Assembly: GCA_964016885.1 (NCBI GenBank)
Contig: CAXHJY010000755.1
Location: 1 to 37,887, forward strand
DNA: 37,887 bases
Origin: Eledone cirrhosa
Taxonomy: Eukaryota
Direction: 5' to 3'
Position numbers and translations under genes: made by a program. The notes beneath the pieces are model-generated. The model did not search any database and had not been told where the DNA came from. It saw nothing but the letters and a program-made list of their open reading frames with translations. This document shows, piece by piece, positions 23,131 to 36,113 of this stretch (its first letter is position 1; every line of letters starts with the position of its first letter).

Positions 23131-25375
23131 ACCGATAGTAATAAAAATTATAAATCTTACTAGTGCAGAACCAACACCCAACCTTATCAACTTACTCTCC
23201 AAAGGTCTTAAATTCACACCGACCCCACTACGTCCTAACTACTATGAAATGAAGGAAGACATCACAGACTTCTGTAGAAAGTTATGACTCAGTGAACAAC
23301 TATTCGACCAGTACAATGAGGATGAATCATTAGCCAGAAATAGAAGCAATTACACCCCTTCAAAAGGTAGAAATAAAATCCTGGACGAATTCTTTGAACA
23401 CATCACAAACTTCCCTTACCAACACTTGCACAGACAAAAACACAAGCCAAACCTCAACAAGAAAGAATGGGAAGAATTAAATAGATTAAAAACCGACAGA
23501 ACCATTACAATTAAAGAGGCTGATAAAGGGAGTACAGTAGTCCTAATGGAGACAGAATTCTATATCAACTTAGCGCTCTCCACTTTGGAAAACGAAACAT
23601 ACTACGAAAAGGCTGAACACTACAATCAACAGAAAATTATGAGAAACCTAAAAACTCTAATTAACCAATACAAAGAAGGACTCACTAACAAGGAATTCAG
23701 CTTCATCACAGACTTCACAAGTAAATCCAGCCTTTTCTACGGTATCCCTAAAGTACATAAAAGCAAATTAATAATTAGGGCATGCAAGGAAGCCACAGAC
23801 ATAGTCATCAATGTCCCCTCACCCAATGATCTCAAATTAAGACCTATAATAGCAGGCCCAGCTTGCGAAACCCACCGCCTTAGCAACTTCATTGATACCC
23901 TTCTCAAGCCCTTTCTCAAACACATCAAAAGCTATATAAGGGACGACCTAGATATGCTCAATCACCTCCCTAATATGCCACTTTCTGAACAAACCCTACT
24001 AGTGACGTTCGATGTAGTCAACCTATACTCCAACATCCCCCACAACCTAGGAATAGAAGCTATCCAATTCTGGCTGGATAATTACCACAATGAACTCCCA
24101 CAACGCATCAAAAAAGAATTCGTGATAGAGGGACTCAAATTTATCTTGGAGAACAATTACTTCGTTTTCAATAACAAACCTTACAGGCAGAAATCTGGGA
24201 CCGCTATGGGACAAAAACAGGCGCCACTTATGCCAACCTAGTCATGGGATACCTGGAAATCATCCTCTACACTAAAGTCCTAAACAAATTTGGAAACACC
24301 CTCCACTTACACATGGAAAGGAATTGGAAGCGATATCTAGATGACTGCTTCATCCTTTGGCACGAGAACATCTAAAAACTTAAAGAATTTCACACCCTTA
24401 TAAATGGGCTCAACACGAATATTAACTTCACGATGGAATACAGCCATCAACAACTCCCCTTCGTCGACATCCTCGAACCATAACAAAAAAATAGAAACAG
24501 ACATATACTACAAGCCCACAGACTCCAAGCAATACCTTCCTTTCAACTCTTGCCACCCTAGACACGTTAAAATTAATATTCCCTACAACTTAGCCAAGAG
24601 AATCTGTACTATAGTCTCCAATAAAAACACCTGCTACTTACGGCTACAAGAACTAAAGGACACACTCAGAGGCAGGGACTACCCTGCATCACTAATTGAC
24701 AATGGAATCCAGCGTGCCCTAAAACTCAGTACCCAGGACCTTAGACACCCTAAAATAAATTAACCGAAACTAAAATCTCTTCCATACATCTCCACACACA
24801 ACCCCCTCAACAATGAGGCCTTTGACACCATCCTCCAGAACATCCCTGCGTTGAAAAAGCACCATAGAATGAACCAAATCCTACGAACACACGATATCAT
24901 AAAGAGCAAAAGACAATCCAAGTCAATGAAAAACATCCTAACACATGCCAAAGTACTGCCAACCACAACAACGAAACCCACAGTAAAAAAATGCGATAGA
25001 CCCAACTGTGGCATTTGCATCAACCTAATAGAGGGTTCGGAATTATATTTCAAAGAAGGACAACGTTTTATAGTAAAACACAATTTCACATGTTCATCGG
25101 AAAATATAATATATGTATTAACTTGCTCAGGTTGTCGAGAACAATACATAGGCCAGACCAAAATCAGCCTCCGCCAACGCATGACTGTCCATAGATTCCA
25201 AATTAAAATACGGGAATACAGGAAAATACGACTGAGTGAACACATTGATACCTGTGCCGCCCAAAGTCATCCCAACTTCAGAATCTTTCCCCTCTACAAA
25301 TTTAAAGATAATGTCACCCACACCCAGCGCATCAGCAAGGAATCTTACTTTATTAACAAATACGGACCCGTCTAA
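23131..25375 (+). pseudogene. Disrupted PLE ORF: reverse transcriptase + Cys-rich linker + GIY-YIG endonuclease
   Basis: IINLTS...LLSKGLKFTPTP, IKEADKGS, FYGIPKVHK, LRPII, FDVVNLYSNIP, GTAMG, RYLDD, YYKPTD, SCHP, CDRPNCGIC, FTCSSENIIYVLTCSGCREQYIGQT; a few stops and frameshifts. Confidence 0.93.
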
Positions 25376-26008
25376 ACACTTCTCCCTAAGACGAACCCAC
25401 AACATACACACGTCAACATACATACCTACATCAGCACACATCTCTACCCAGATATAAACACAATGACATACGTAAACACACATGCTCTATGGTGCAACAC
25501 AAAAATATATATGTGTATATATATATATATATATAGTGAATATATGTATATATATATATATATATATATAGTGAATATCATTTCACACCTTTTATTGTTA
25601 AGATTTTTGATGTTCTATTAAGAGAACAGATTTTACTGAAAATATCGAATAATGTACACAATTTTACCAGGGGGAAAAAATACCCACACACACACACACA
25701 TACATTGTCACACACACATATACACACACACACACACATACATACACGCGTACATTAACATACAAAGAGACTTATACACACAGACACACACACACACACA
25801 CACTTCTCCGTATAAGACAAAAGCTGAAAAATATCTTTTGACATGCTAAAATACCCCCCACTGCTTACAGACACATTCCTACTGACCATCCCGCTACCAT
25901 GAATTACTATGCTATATACACACACACACACACACACTTATCATAATAGCCATTTGATACACATCCCTGCTAACCATTATCACAACATCGAACACTTTAC
26001 TACTACTA

Positions 26009-26058
<50 letters not shown>

Positions 26059-26082
26059 TTGTTGTGAATGAGTCATTTCTCA

Positions 26083-26326
26083 GTTTTGGCGCAAAATCAA
26101 TTTTTTATTCACATAACCTCTACCGACCAATCAAAATTGTTTTGACCACAAGAATTTTTGCAACTCCAAGTAGCGCTGGAGCCACTTTTTAACATAAAAA
26201 CTGTCTTGGCGCAAAATCAATTTTTTACATTCACATGACCTCTACCGACCAATCAAAATTGTTTTGACCACAAGAATTTTTGCAACACAAAAGTAGCGCA
26301 GGAGCCACTTTTTTAACATAAAAACA
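26083..26326. repeat. ~120-bp tandem duplication in the right terminal repeat
   Basis: Units start at 26083 and 26203 (g..ttggcgcaaaatcaattttt...ccaatcaaaattgttttgaccacaag...ttaacataaaaac); single copy in the left arm. Confidence 0.9.
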
Positions 26327-26388
26327 GGTAGAATTCCCAAAACTAATCAGATCAGAGCAAACAACACGGACACTCTATCTCAACATTA

Positions 26389-26425
26389 TTTTTGAAAAGC
26401 ATTTAGAAATGCGCAACCGGTAAAA
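26389..26425 (+). ncRNA. Minimal hammerhead-like motif, U3-A8 variant (right terminal repeat)
   Basis: ttt-TTGAAAA-gcatt taga aatgc-GCAA-ccgg-TA-aaa; palindromic stem III ACCGGT, GUA site; sense to the PLE ORF. Confidence 0.5.
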
Positions 26426-26550
26426 ACATAAACACTTAAAACCACAACTGAATACTAACCCATACAATTACTAATACTCTTTTATTCCTAATTAAACCAT
26501 TTTTCAACTGTGAACAATTTGTCGGCATTTTCTATTCCGTTTACCAATAT

Positions 26551-26568
26551 ATATATATATATATAATG

Positions 26569-26610
<42 letters not shown>

Positions 26611-26695
26611 ATGTATATATATATATTTATATTTATATTTATATATATAATGTATATATATATATATATATTTATAATGTGTATATATATATATA

Positions 26696-26732
<37 letters not shown>

Positions 26733-26791
26733 GTATATATATATATATATTATGTATATATATATATATAATGTGTATATATATATATATA

Positions 26792-26822
<31 letters not shown>

Positions 26823-26851
26823 ATGTGTATATATATATATATATATATATA

Positions 26852-26910
<59 letters not shown>

Positions 26911-26911
26911 G

Positions 26912-26992
<81 letters not shown>

Positions 26993-27129
26993 ATGTATAT
27001 ATATATATATATATTTATATATATAATGTATATATATATATATATATATATATAATGTATATATATATATATATATAATGTATATATATATATATATATA
27101 TAATGTATATATATATATATATATATATA

Positions 27130-27164
<35 letters not shown>

Positions 27165-27197
27165 GTATATATATATATATATATATATATAATGTAT
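26551..27197. repeat. (TA)n-ATG compound satellite
   Basis: Directly visible. Confidence 0.92.
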
Positions 27198-27584
27198 AAG
27201 TATTGAAGTTTCCGTTGAAAATTGAAAAAGTCATAGAAGTAAAGAGTGCTCTAAGTAAGTACCAGAGCAAAATTTAATGTATAATAAACAATACAATATA
27301 ATTACCTCATTACCAGAGGCTTCCCGAATAAGACGATTACGAAAAAAACGTCCTCATTCGCACGTCGGGCAAGGTACTATAAAACATAGTGAAATATTTG
27401 AAAAGTCTCCTCAAGAAATGCAAAAAATATATATAAATAAAAGTAATGCAAGAGATATATTAAAAAATATAGAAAAATATACCAAAAATATAAGGAAATA
27501 TAGTTAGGTATGTGTATATGTATGTATACACACTCATGTGTGTATGTACAAATGCATGTGTAATGTATACATATATATATATAT

Positions 27585-27768
27585 ATAATTGTTTCTAATT
27601 TAGGCACAAGGCCAGAAATTACGCAGTGCATTACTGGTACTTTATTTTATCGTAAGGATGAAAGGCAAAGTCAACCTCGCCGGGATTTGAACTCGGATCG
27701 TAAAGGGACGTAACTATGCTGGAAAGCATGGCACCCACCCTCTACCGATACTGCCAATCCACCGCCCT
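27585..27768 (-). mobile_element. Full-length tRNA-derived SINE family 1
   Basis: A-box-like tggcagtatcgg, B box gagttcaaatccc, central gactttgcctttcatcctt, tail ggccttgtgcctaaattagaaacaattat. An extra tail-only copy lies at 27926-27981. Confidence 0.9.
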
Positions 27769-27787
27769 TGTATATTTATATATAATG

Positions 27788-27822
<35 letters not shown>

Positions 27823-27839
27823 GTATATATATATATATT

Positions 27840-27903
<64 letters not shown>

Positions 27904-27981
27904 GTATGTATATATATATATATATATAATTGTTTCTACTATTGGCACAAGGCCAGAAAATTACCCAGTACATTACTGGTA

Positions 27982-28016
27982 ATATAATGTATGTATATAT
28001 ATATATATATATAATG

Positions 28017-28052
<36 letters not shown>

Positions 28053-28505
28053 GTATATATATATATATATATAATGTATATATAATGTATATATATATAT
28101 ATATATAATGTATATATATATATAAATATATATAGTATATATAATGTATATATATATATATATATAATGTATATATATATATAAATATATATAATGTATA
28201 TATATATATATATATAATGTATATATATATATAAATATATATAATGTATATATATATATATATATAATGTATATATAATGTATATATATATATATAATGT
28301 ATATATATATATAAATATATATAATGTATATATATATATATATAATGTATATATATATATATTTATATATATATATATAATGTATATATATATATAATGT
28401 ATATATATATATACATTATATATATATACATTATATATATATATATATACATTATATAATGTATATATATATATAATGTATATATATATAATGTATATAT
28501 ATATA

Positions 28506-28576
<71 letters not shown>

Positions 28577-28686
28577 GTATATATATATATAAATAATGTA
28601 TATATATATATATATATATAATGTTTATATATATATAAATAATGTATATATATAAAATGTATATATATATATATATATAAATAATG

Positions 28687-28718
<32 letters not shown>

Positions 28719-29285
28719 ATGTATATATATATAATGTATATATATAATGTGTAATGAATATATATATATATATATATAATGTATATAGATATATAAATAA
28801 TGTATATATATATAATGTATATATATATATATATAATGTATGTATATATATATATATATAATGTATATATATATATATATATAAGGTATATATATATAAA
28901 TATATATATAATGTATATATATATATATATAAGGTATATATATATAAATATATATCATGTATATATATATATATATAATGTATATATATATAAATATATA
29001 TCATGTATATATATATATATAATGTATATATATATAAATATATATAATGTATATATGTATATATATATAATGTATATATATATATATATAATGAATATAT
29101 ATATATATAATGTATATATATATATAATGTTTATATATATATAATGTATATATATATATAATGTATATATATATAATGTATATATATATATAATGTATAT
29201 ATATATATATATGTGTATATATATATATATAATGTATATATATATATATATATATAATGTATATATATATATATAATGTATATAT

Positions 29286-29317
<32 letters not shown>

Positions 29318-29387
29318 AATTATATATATATATATACATTATATATGAATATATATATATATATATATACATTATATTTATATATAC

Positions 29388-29436
<49 letters not shown>

Positions 29437-29790
29437 GATATATGTATATATATATAATGTATATATATATATTTATATATATATATATATAATATATATA
29501 TAATATATATATAATGTATGTATATATATATATATAATGTATGTAAATATATATATAATGTATGTATATATATATATATAATGTATGTATATATATATAT
29601 ATATAATGTATATCTATATATATATAATGTATATATATATATATAATGTATATATATATATACAATGTATATATATATACAATGTATATATATATATATA
29701 TAATGTATATGTATATATATAATGTATATATATATATAATGTATATAGATATATATATATATATAATGTATATATATATATATATATATA

Positions 29791-29821
<31 letters not shown>

Positions 29822-29850
29822 ATGTATATATATATATATAATGTATATAA
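27982..29850. repeat. (TA)n-ATG compound satellite, ~1.9 kb, with short inverted segments
   Basis: aatg-punctuated TA runs; orientation flips to catt at about 28413-28455 and 29336-29392. Confidence 0.92.
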
Positions 29851-30278
29851 ATGAATTCATTCGCCTGATATAGGGGTTGCCTCCCTTGCTGATCCCCACG
29901 TGGGGTCAGCAATAGTCAGTCCTTGTATTAACATTGAACTAAAACCTGTTGAGAAATTGGCTTCCTCGTTCAATCATCTTATCAGAAGCCTGACATTATT
30001 TATGTAAGCGGACGGTACTTGATTTAGGAACCGCAGAAACCCATATACTTCATTTTACCAACCTTCCAAAGTCCGGGTAAATGTTCAATATTCGAATTAC
30101 TTGATCGTTTTTTGTGGCTATGCAAATGATTGTTTAAGCATCGTCTCAGTGTGTTTGGCCTTTAACGTTTTTTATAGATCTGGTTCATCTGAATCATTGA
30201 GCACTTGCCACACATCTCGGAGGTTGTTTTTCGTTATTTCGTGGCCGGAAATGTGAATCTCGATAATTTATGTCTAAC

Positions 30279-33200
30279 TTAATAGCACCACCTGGTGAAG
30301 TCTTTCAATTCGAGTAGAGAATTACTGTTTGCGGATACATATCCGGATGTGGGTGGTTTGTCCGGGATTACTTGGAGGAATTTGTCCAAACACTTCTTGA
30401 ATTTCGTGTGGTCAGTTTCTGTTTTGATGTGTCCTGGCGTGATGTTGAAGAGAGCAGGGCCAATTGAGCTGAAATAATTGTGCCGCATTGTTGTTATGAG
30501 TTGCGATTTAGATTTTTGTTTGGGACGGATAGCACTGGACCCAAGCCTTGGGTGTATTTTGAAGGTGATGCTAACATCATTTGGGCAGTGCTGATGAAAC
30601 ATTTTCCACATCATGCAGATAATATAACGCTCGCGGTGACGTTGGAATGAATAAATGTTCAGCTTTTCTAGTCGACCTCAGTAGTCAAGGTCTGACATGC
30701 CATCTATCTTTTTCGTGATTGCCCTTCGGGGAGCTTCAAGTTTCATGATACTTTGTTTCGTGTGGGGAGACCACAGTGGACAACAGTATTCAAGGTGTGG
30801 TCGGGCAAAAGTGGAGAAGAGAAGGATAATGGTGTAAGAATCTCTCGACTGGAAGGTTCTGAGGATCCAGGAATACATTCTGCGGGCCATGTCAACTTTG
30901 CTGCTTATATGCATGGCCCAGCTTATGTTGCTGTCCACGGTTACTCCCAAGTCTCTGATGTTGTTAGATGCCACTAGAGTTTCTCCGGAGGGAAGGGAGT
31001 ACGGGAGTTTCAGAGCATCCTCTTTTCCAAAGTGGATCAGTTCGAATTTGTCATCGTTCAGTAACATGTTGTTCTTTTCCGCCAATTGGAGCTTGGAATC
31101 ATCAGCGAAAATTCTAATGTTGCTGTGTTTGATGATGTCAGTGATGTCATTGATATAGATGATGAAGAGAAGTGGGCCCAACACAGTGCCTTGTGGGACC
31201 ACACTACTGACTTTGGCTGGGCTGGATTTGACTCCTTTGACTACAACATGTTGGGTTCTGTTTGACAGGAAGCACTTGATCCACTGCAGCAGCTTTCCAG
31301 TGACACCAATATTGGACAGCTTTCTCAGTAGAATGTTGTGATCAACCCTGTCAAAGGCCTTGCTGAAATCAAAGTAGATAACATCAGTGTTGGAACCCTC
31401 TCCCAAGGCTCTCAAAATGTCATCAAAGTGATGCAGTAGCTGCGTCAGGCAATCCCTTCCATTACGGAATCCATGCTGGTTGGAGTTCAGCATATTGTTA
31501 CTCTCAAGGAAGTGGGTCATTCGCGATCTCACCACTCGCTCAAATACCTTAATGATATGAGAGGTGAGTGAGATTGGACGGTAATTCAGGGCAAGGGATT
31601 TGTTTCCTTTTTTGAAAACTGGGACAACAGACTGGGATAGAAGGTTTTCTGGCACATATCCAGCATCCAGTGAGTTCCGCCACATATTGGCAAGAGGAGA
31701 TGCAAGTTGGTGTTGACACGCCTTCAAGACACAAGCAGGGAACCTATCAGAACCTACTGCTGAATTATGCTTGATTTCCTTTATTGCCGCTAAGACATCA
31801 GGGGCGCCAAACGTTATGTCCGATAAGGTGTAATGGGGAGTAACATCGCCGATACAGCCCAGATCGACCATATCAGGATTGCTGAAAACAGTGCAGTATG
31901 GTTTCTGCAGTATCTCACCCATGGTTTTAGCATTGTCTTGAAGAGTGCCATTTTCATCAATTAGAGGGCCAACAGTAGAGCCAGTGATTTTGTGTTTTTT
32001 TGCAAATGAAAAGAACATTTTGGGATTGAGCTTGATCTTCTCAATGGCCCAGGCCTCTTCAGCTCTTCTCTGATTGTTGATGATAGACATCATATTGTTT
32101 TGGAGGTTATGTTTTTTAATCACTAGTGATGAAATGGCGGACAAGTTGATGTGTTGCTGCTGACAGTACTTCAGCTTGTTGATTTTTTTGTTAGTTCTCT
32201 TAATTTTCCCGATGAGCGTTTTTCTATTTCTAGGGATTCTGCTCTTAGATTTGTTTATAGTTCTTAATGGGCTGTGTTTTGCATATATATTTGTAACAGT
32301 GTCCACAAATGTCTGCCAGGACTTTTTGATGTTAGTGGGTGTGTGAGTGTGCGTGAAGGACCAGTCGACACGTGCAAGATCATGACTGATCGCTTCCCAG
32401 TTTACATTGTGGAAATCCATAGCGTCAAACGGATGGACAGGAGAGATGACATTGGGTTTGTATATTGGACGGTATATTCTCAGATGACAGAGAACCATGT
32501 CATGATCAGAGAGTAGAGTTTTCTCCACTGCAATATTGTGGACGTTTTTGTGGTAATTCGTTGGTTCGAGCACAAAGTTGGGACAGGAAGAAATCATCCA
32601 TGAAGTCAAGAAGCGATTCCACTGCTTCCCTGTCAGAGGTTGAGGCAAAAGAACCTGGTGGCAGGCTGTTTGTCGACCAGTCAACTCTGGGGAGGTTGAA
32701 GTCCCCCATCATTAAGATGTTATCAGGGTGACAATCTTGGATAAAACACTTTATGCTGTTGAGGCATTCCTTGAAGCATGGTAGAGGCATTTGGGGTGGC
32801 CTATAGAGCCCAACTACTATTAGGTTGTTGGTTTGACTGAATACAGTGACTGCTTCGCAGTATGCATTAGAAAATATGTTCATAGCCTCTGTTGAGAAAG
32901 AATTATGGACATAAATGGCAGTCCCACTCTTTCTTCTGCTAGCGCGATCAGCGCGGATGGCTTTGAAATTTTTCACTTTCACCACGGCTTCCAAGTGGAG
33001 GTTACTTAGATGGGTTTCAGTGAGGACAAAGAAAGGGATGTGGTTTGGATGGACATCAACCAAGTCCTCCAGGAATTTGATCTTCCATTTTTGAGTATTG
33101 GTGGAAGGGCTGATGCCTTGGGCGTTAAGCAAAAATGTTGAGGCGAGAGTGGATGGTTTTAATTGTTTTGGTGTGTTGTTAATTTGTTTGTTTGTTAATG

Positions 33201-33306
33201 GCAGCAATGGGAGTTTGTGCAGTGGGGTGATAGTGGAGCGTGGTGCTGGGTGATAGCTCAAATGTTTTTTTCCAGTTCTTTTGCCAGATTCATTATGGCT
33301 AAAAAA
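30279..33306 (-). pseudogene. LINE ORF2: AP endonuclease + reverse transcriptase (frameshifted)
   Basis: LNAQG, LTETHL, RADR, LYRPP, MGDFNLP, LSDHD; NYRPISLTS, QHGFR, DFSKAFDRVDH, VPQGTVLGPLLF, FADD, RPHLEYCCPLWSP; a deletion follows FADD. Confidence 0.95.
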
Positions 33307-34365
33307 GAGGAAGAAGTTTTCTGTTTAGGGGACTGTTAGTGACTGTGGTAGTGGTTATTTTTATGTAGGTTCTGGTTTTTGTTTTTGCTTTTATTTTTAT
33401 TTTCATTTGTCCGACGAGTCCCCGGGAGATGGGTAAAGGGACAATCCTGGTGTAAACACAATCTGTCTCGCTGGGAAAAGCGGCAGATTTGTGGATTCCT
33501 TGTTTGATTTATTGGTGGTTGTGTTGGTGTTAAATTAGAGTATGTATTATGGTGGTGGCTGTTGTTTGTGTGGATAGACCGTTTTGTCCTAGGTAAATGG
33601 GTGAATTTGTAGCCACTATCCGTACATATTCTATAGCGTAGAGAGTAGCGGTAAATGATGGGGTTTCGAGTGGGTGTATATGTGTGTGTGTGTGTGTGTG
33701 TTGTGAGAGGTGTAGATGATAGTTTGAGTACGTTTGACGACCTTTGTGGGCTGTGGGAGGGAGAGTTCTTGTAGTGGTATTAGGAGGTAAATTCTTTGAG
33801 ATAGCAGTAGGCAAAGATGTAGTAGTAGTAGTAGTAGGCAGAGGAGATGTTGGCAGTGGTGATGATTAGACTGCTGGGGCAGAGAAAGGAAGAGGCGTTT
33901 CCTGCTGTGAGACAGTGGCTACTGGGAGGTCAATAGTTTCATTTAGTAGATCGGCCATTGTTGACGAATCAAGGAGTAGTTCACACTGATGTTGTTGTTG
34001 TTCTTGTTATTGTTATTGTTGCTGTTGTCGTTGCTGCTGTTGTTGTTGTTGCCGTTGTTGTTGTTGCCGTTGTTGCTGTTGTTGTTGTTGTTGTTGCTGC
34101 TGCTGCTGGATAGCGTCCGAAGAAAAAACACACCGTACTTTATCCATATGTTTATTGATTAATTTAAAAGCAACTTCGATTTCCTTAATTTATTTTGAAT
34201 CTGTTGTTCAGATCGGGTTTTCAAAAGGTGAACTGTACGTTTAGCAATTTCGTTCAGACATGAAGCATCTATGTCTTCTGTTTGGGTAAGGCAATGCCAT
34301 GTGTTTATTAGAATGTCGATTTCATTATCAGACCAGTTCTGTTTCGATTTTAGCTGGTTAGCCAT
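33258..34365 (-). pseudogene. LINE ORF1: Myb/SANT-like N-terminus, polyQ, Pro/Thr-rich linker, CCCH zinc finger
   Basis: MANQLKSKQNWSDNEIDILINTW...RSEQQIQNKL, then a 1-nt shift to KEIEVAFKLINKHMDKVRCVFSSDAIQQQQ...; later PQICRFSQRDRLCLHQDCPFTHLPGT...SSSFLAIMNLAKELEKNI*. Confidence 0.75.
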
Positions 34366-34605
34366 TCTAGTTTTGAGTGTGTGTGTGTGTTTCAGTTAAG
34401 TATTTCAATATATTTGTTTTTCTTGATATTTGTTTTTGTTGTGTGTGAGTGAGAAGAGTATATATAAATAGGAGTATATATATATATAAATATATTCTGG
34501 TTATTTGGTTGTTTGAAATTAATGAAATTAATGAAAAGACGAAAGTATATAATAATTTGTAGTTAAAAGAAAATATACTTACAAGTTGGTAAAAACTTGG
34601 TTTCA

Positions 34606-34636
<31 letters not shown>

Positions 34637-34697
34637 TATAATGTATATATATAAATATATATATATATATAATGTATATATATATATAAATATATAT

Positions 34698-35031
34698 ATC
34701 ATCATCATCATCATTTTACGTCCGCTTTTTCCCTGCTTGCAAGGCTGGGACGGGAACTGATTCTGGCTTGATTTCTACAGCTGGTTGCCCTTCCTAACAC
34801 CAACCTCATTTACAGTGAGTACTGGGTGCTTTTTTTCCATGACTAACTCCCCCTCGACCACTTTGCAGTGGAATAATAGGGACCCCAGTCCTATCATCTC
34901 ATTTCTACAGCTGAGTAAACTGGAGCAATGTGAAATAAAGTGTCTTGTTCAAGGAAATAACGCATCACCCAGCCCGAGAATTGAACTCACAACCTTTCAA
35001 TTGCAAGTCCAATGCTCTAACCACTAAGCCA
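34698..35031 (-). mobile_element. tRNA-derived SINE family 2 with RTE-type 3' tail
   Basis: Head tggcttagtggttagagc (A box), gagttcaattc (B box); V/CORE-like tccttgaacaagacactt; tail ggttggtgttaggaagggca.ccagc...(GAT)n shared with the RTE copies at 6.5-8 kb. Confidence 0.88.
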
Positions 35032-35073
35032 TAAATATATATATATATATATAAATATATATATATATAATGT

Positions 35074-35118
<45 letters not shown>

Positions 35119-35255
35119 TATATAATGTATATATATATATATATAAATATATACATATATAATGTATATATATATATAAATATATATATATTTCTATATA
35201 TATAAATATATATATAATGTATATATATATATAAATATATACATATATAATGTAT

Positions 35256-35294
<39 letters not shown>

Positions 35295-35349
35295 AATATA
35301 TATATATATAAAATGTATATATATATATAAATATATACATATATAATGT

Positions 35350-35402
<53 letters not shown>

Positions 35403-35458
35403 AATATATATATATATAATGTATATATATATATAAATATATATATATATATGTAAAT

Positions 35459-35491
<33 letters not shown>

Positions 35492-35592
35492 AATATATAT
35501 ATATATAAATATATATATATATAAATATATATATATATATGTTAATATATATATATATATATGTATATAAATATATATATATATAATGTATA

Positions 35593-35937
35593 TCATCATC
35601 ATCATCATCATCATCATTTTACGTCCGCATTTTCCCTGCTTGCAAGGGTGGGACGGGAACTGATTCTGGCTTGATTTCTACAGCTAGATGCCCTTCCTAA
35701 CACCAACCTCATTTACAGTGAGTGCTGGGTGCTTTTTTGACGTGGCACCTCCACGACCACTTTGCAGTGGAATGATATGGAGCCCAGTCCCTCCCTATCA
35801 TCTCATTTCTACAGCTGAGTAAACTGGAGCAATGTGAAATAAAGTGTCATGCTCAAGGAAACAACACATCACCCGGTCTGAAAATTGAACTCACAACCTT
35901 TCGATTGCAAGGCCAATGCTCTAACCACTAAGCCATG
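35593..35937 (-). mobile_element. Second copy of SINE family 2
   Basis: Same head, central domain and (GAT)n tail as 34698-35031, moderately diverged. Confidence 0.88.
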
Positions 35938-36018
35938 TGCCTTATAAATATATATATATGTGCCTTATAAATATATATATATATATGTATAATGTATAAT
36001 ATATATATATGTGCCTTG

Positions 36019-36110
<92 letters not shown>

Positions 36111-36113
<3 letters not shown>

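Larger units (their letters stand above)
22181..26550 (+). mobile_element. Penelope-like retroelement, Neptune type, with inverted terminal repeats
   Basis: 22181-22630 is an imperfect reverse complement of 25958-26550; an RT + GIY-YIG ORF lies between; flanked by TA satellite. Confidence 0.92.
29852..34612 (-). mobile_element. Full-length decayed CR1-group LINE (5' UTR, ORF1, APE-RT ORF2, 3' UTR)
   Basis: ORF1 34365-33258, ORF2 about 33306-30279, unique sequence to 29852; TA satellite on both sides. The 3' boundary is inferred. Confidence 0.88.

Noticed and set aside
27297-27372. Hammerhead-like arrangement on minus (cgaat..gacg/cgtcttattcg stem, GAAG, cctc/gagg, GTA)
   Set aside because: Core reads CCGACGT and GAAG with no adjacent stem I; too degenerate to call, at best a dead relic.
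29852-29945. HDV-like ribozyme, suggested by GGCGAA near the 3' end on minus
   Set aside because: Could not build the P1/P2/P3/P1.1 nested pseudoknot or the L3 motif.
34960-35031. tRNA gene (also 35865-35937 and 27690-27768)
   Set aside because: Only A/B boxes; no full cloverleaf, and each continues into a SINE body and tail.
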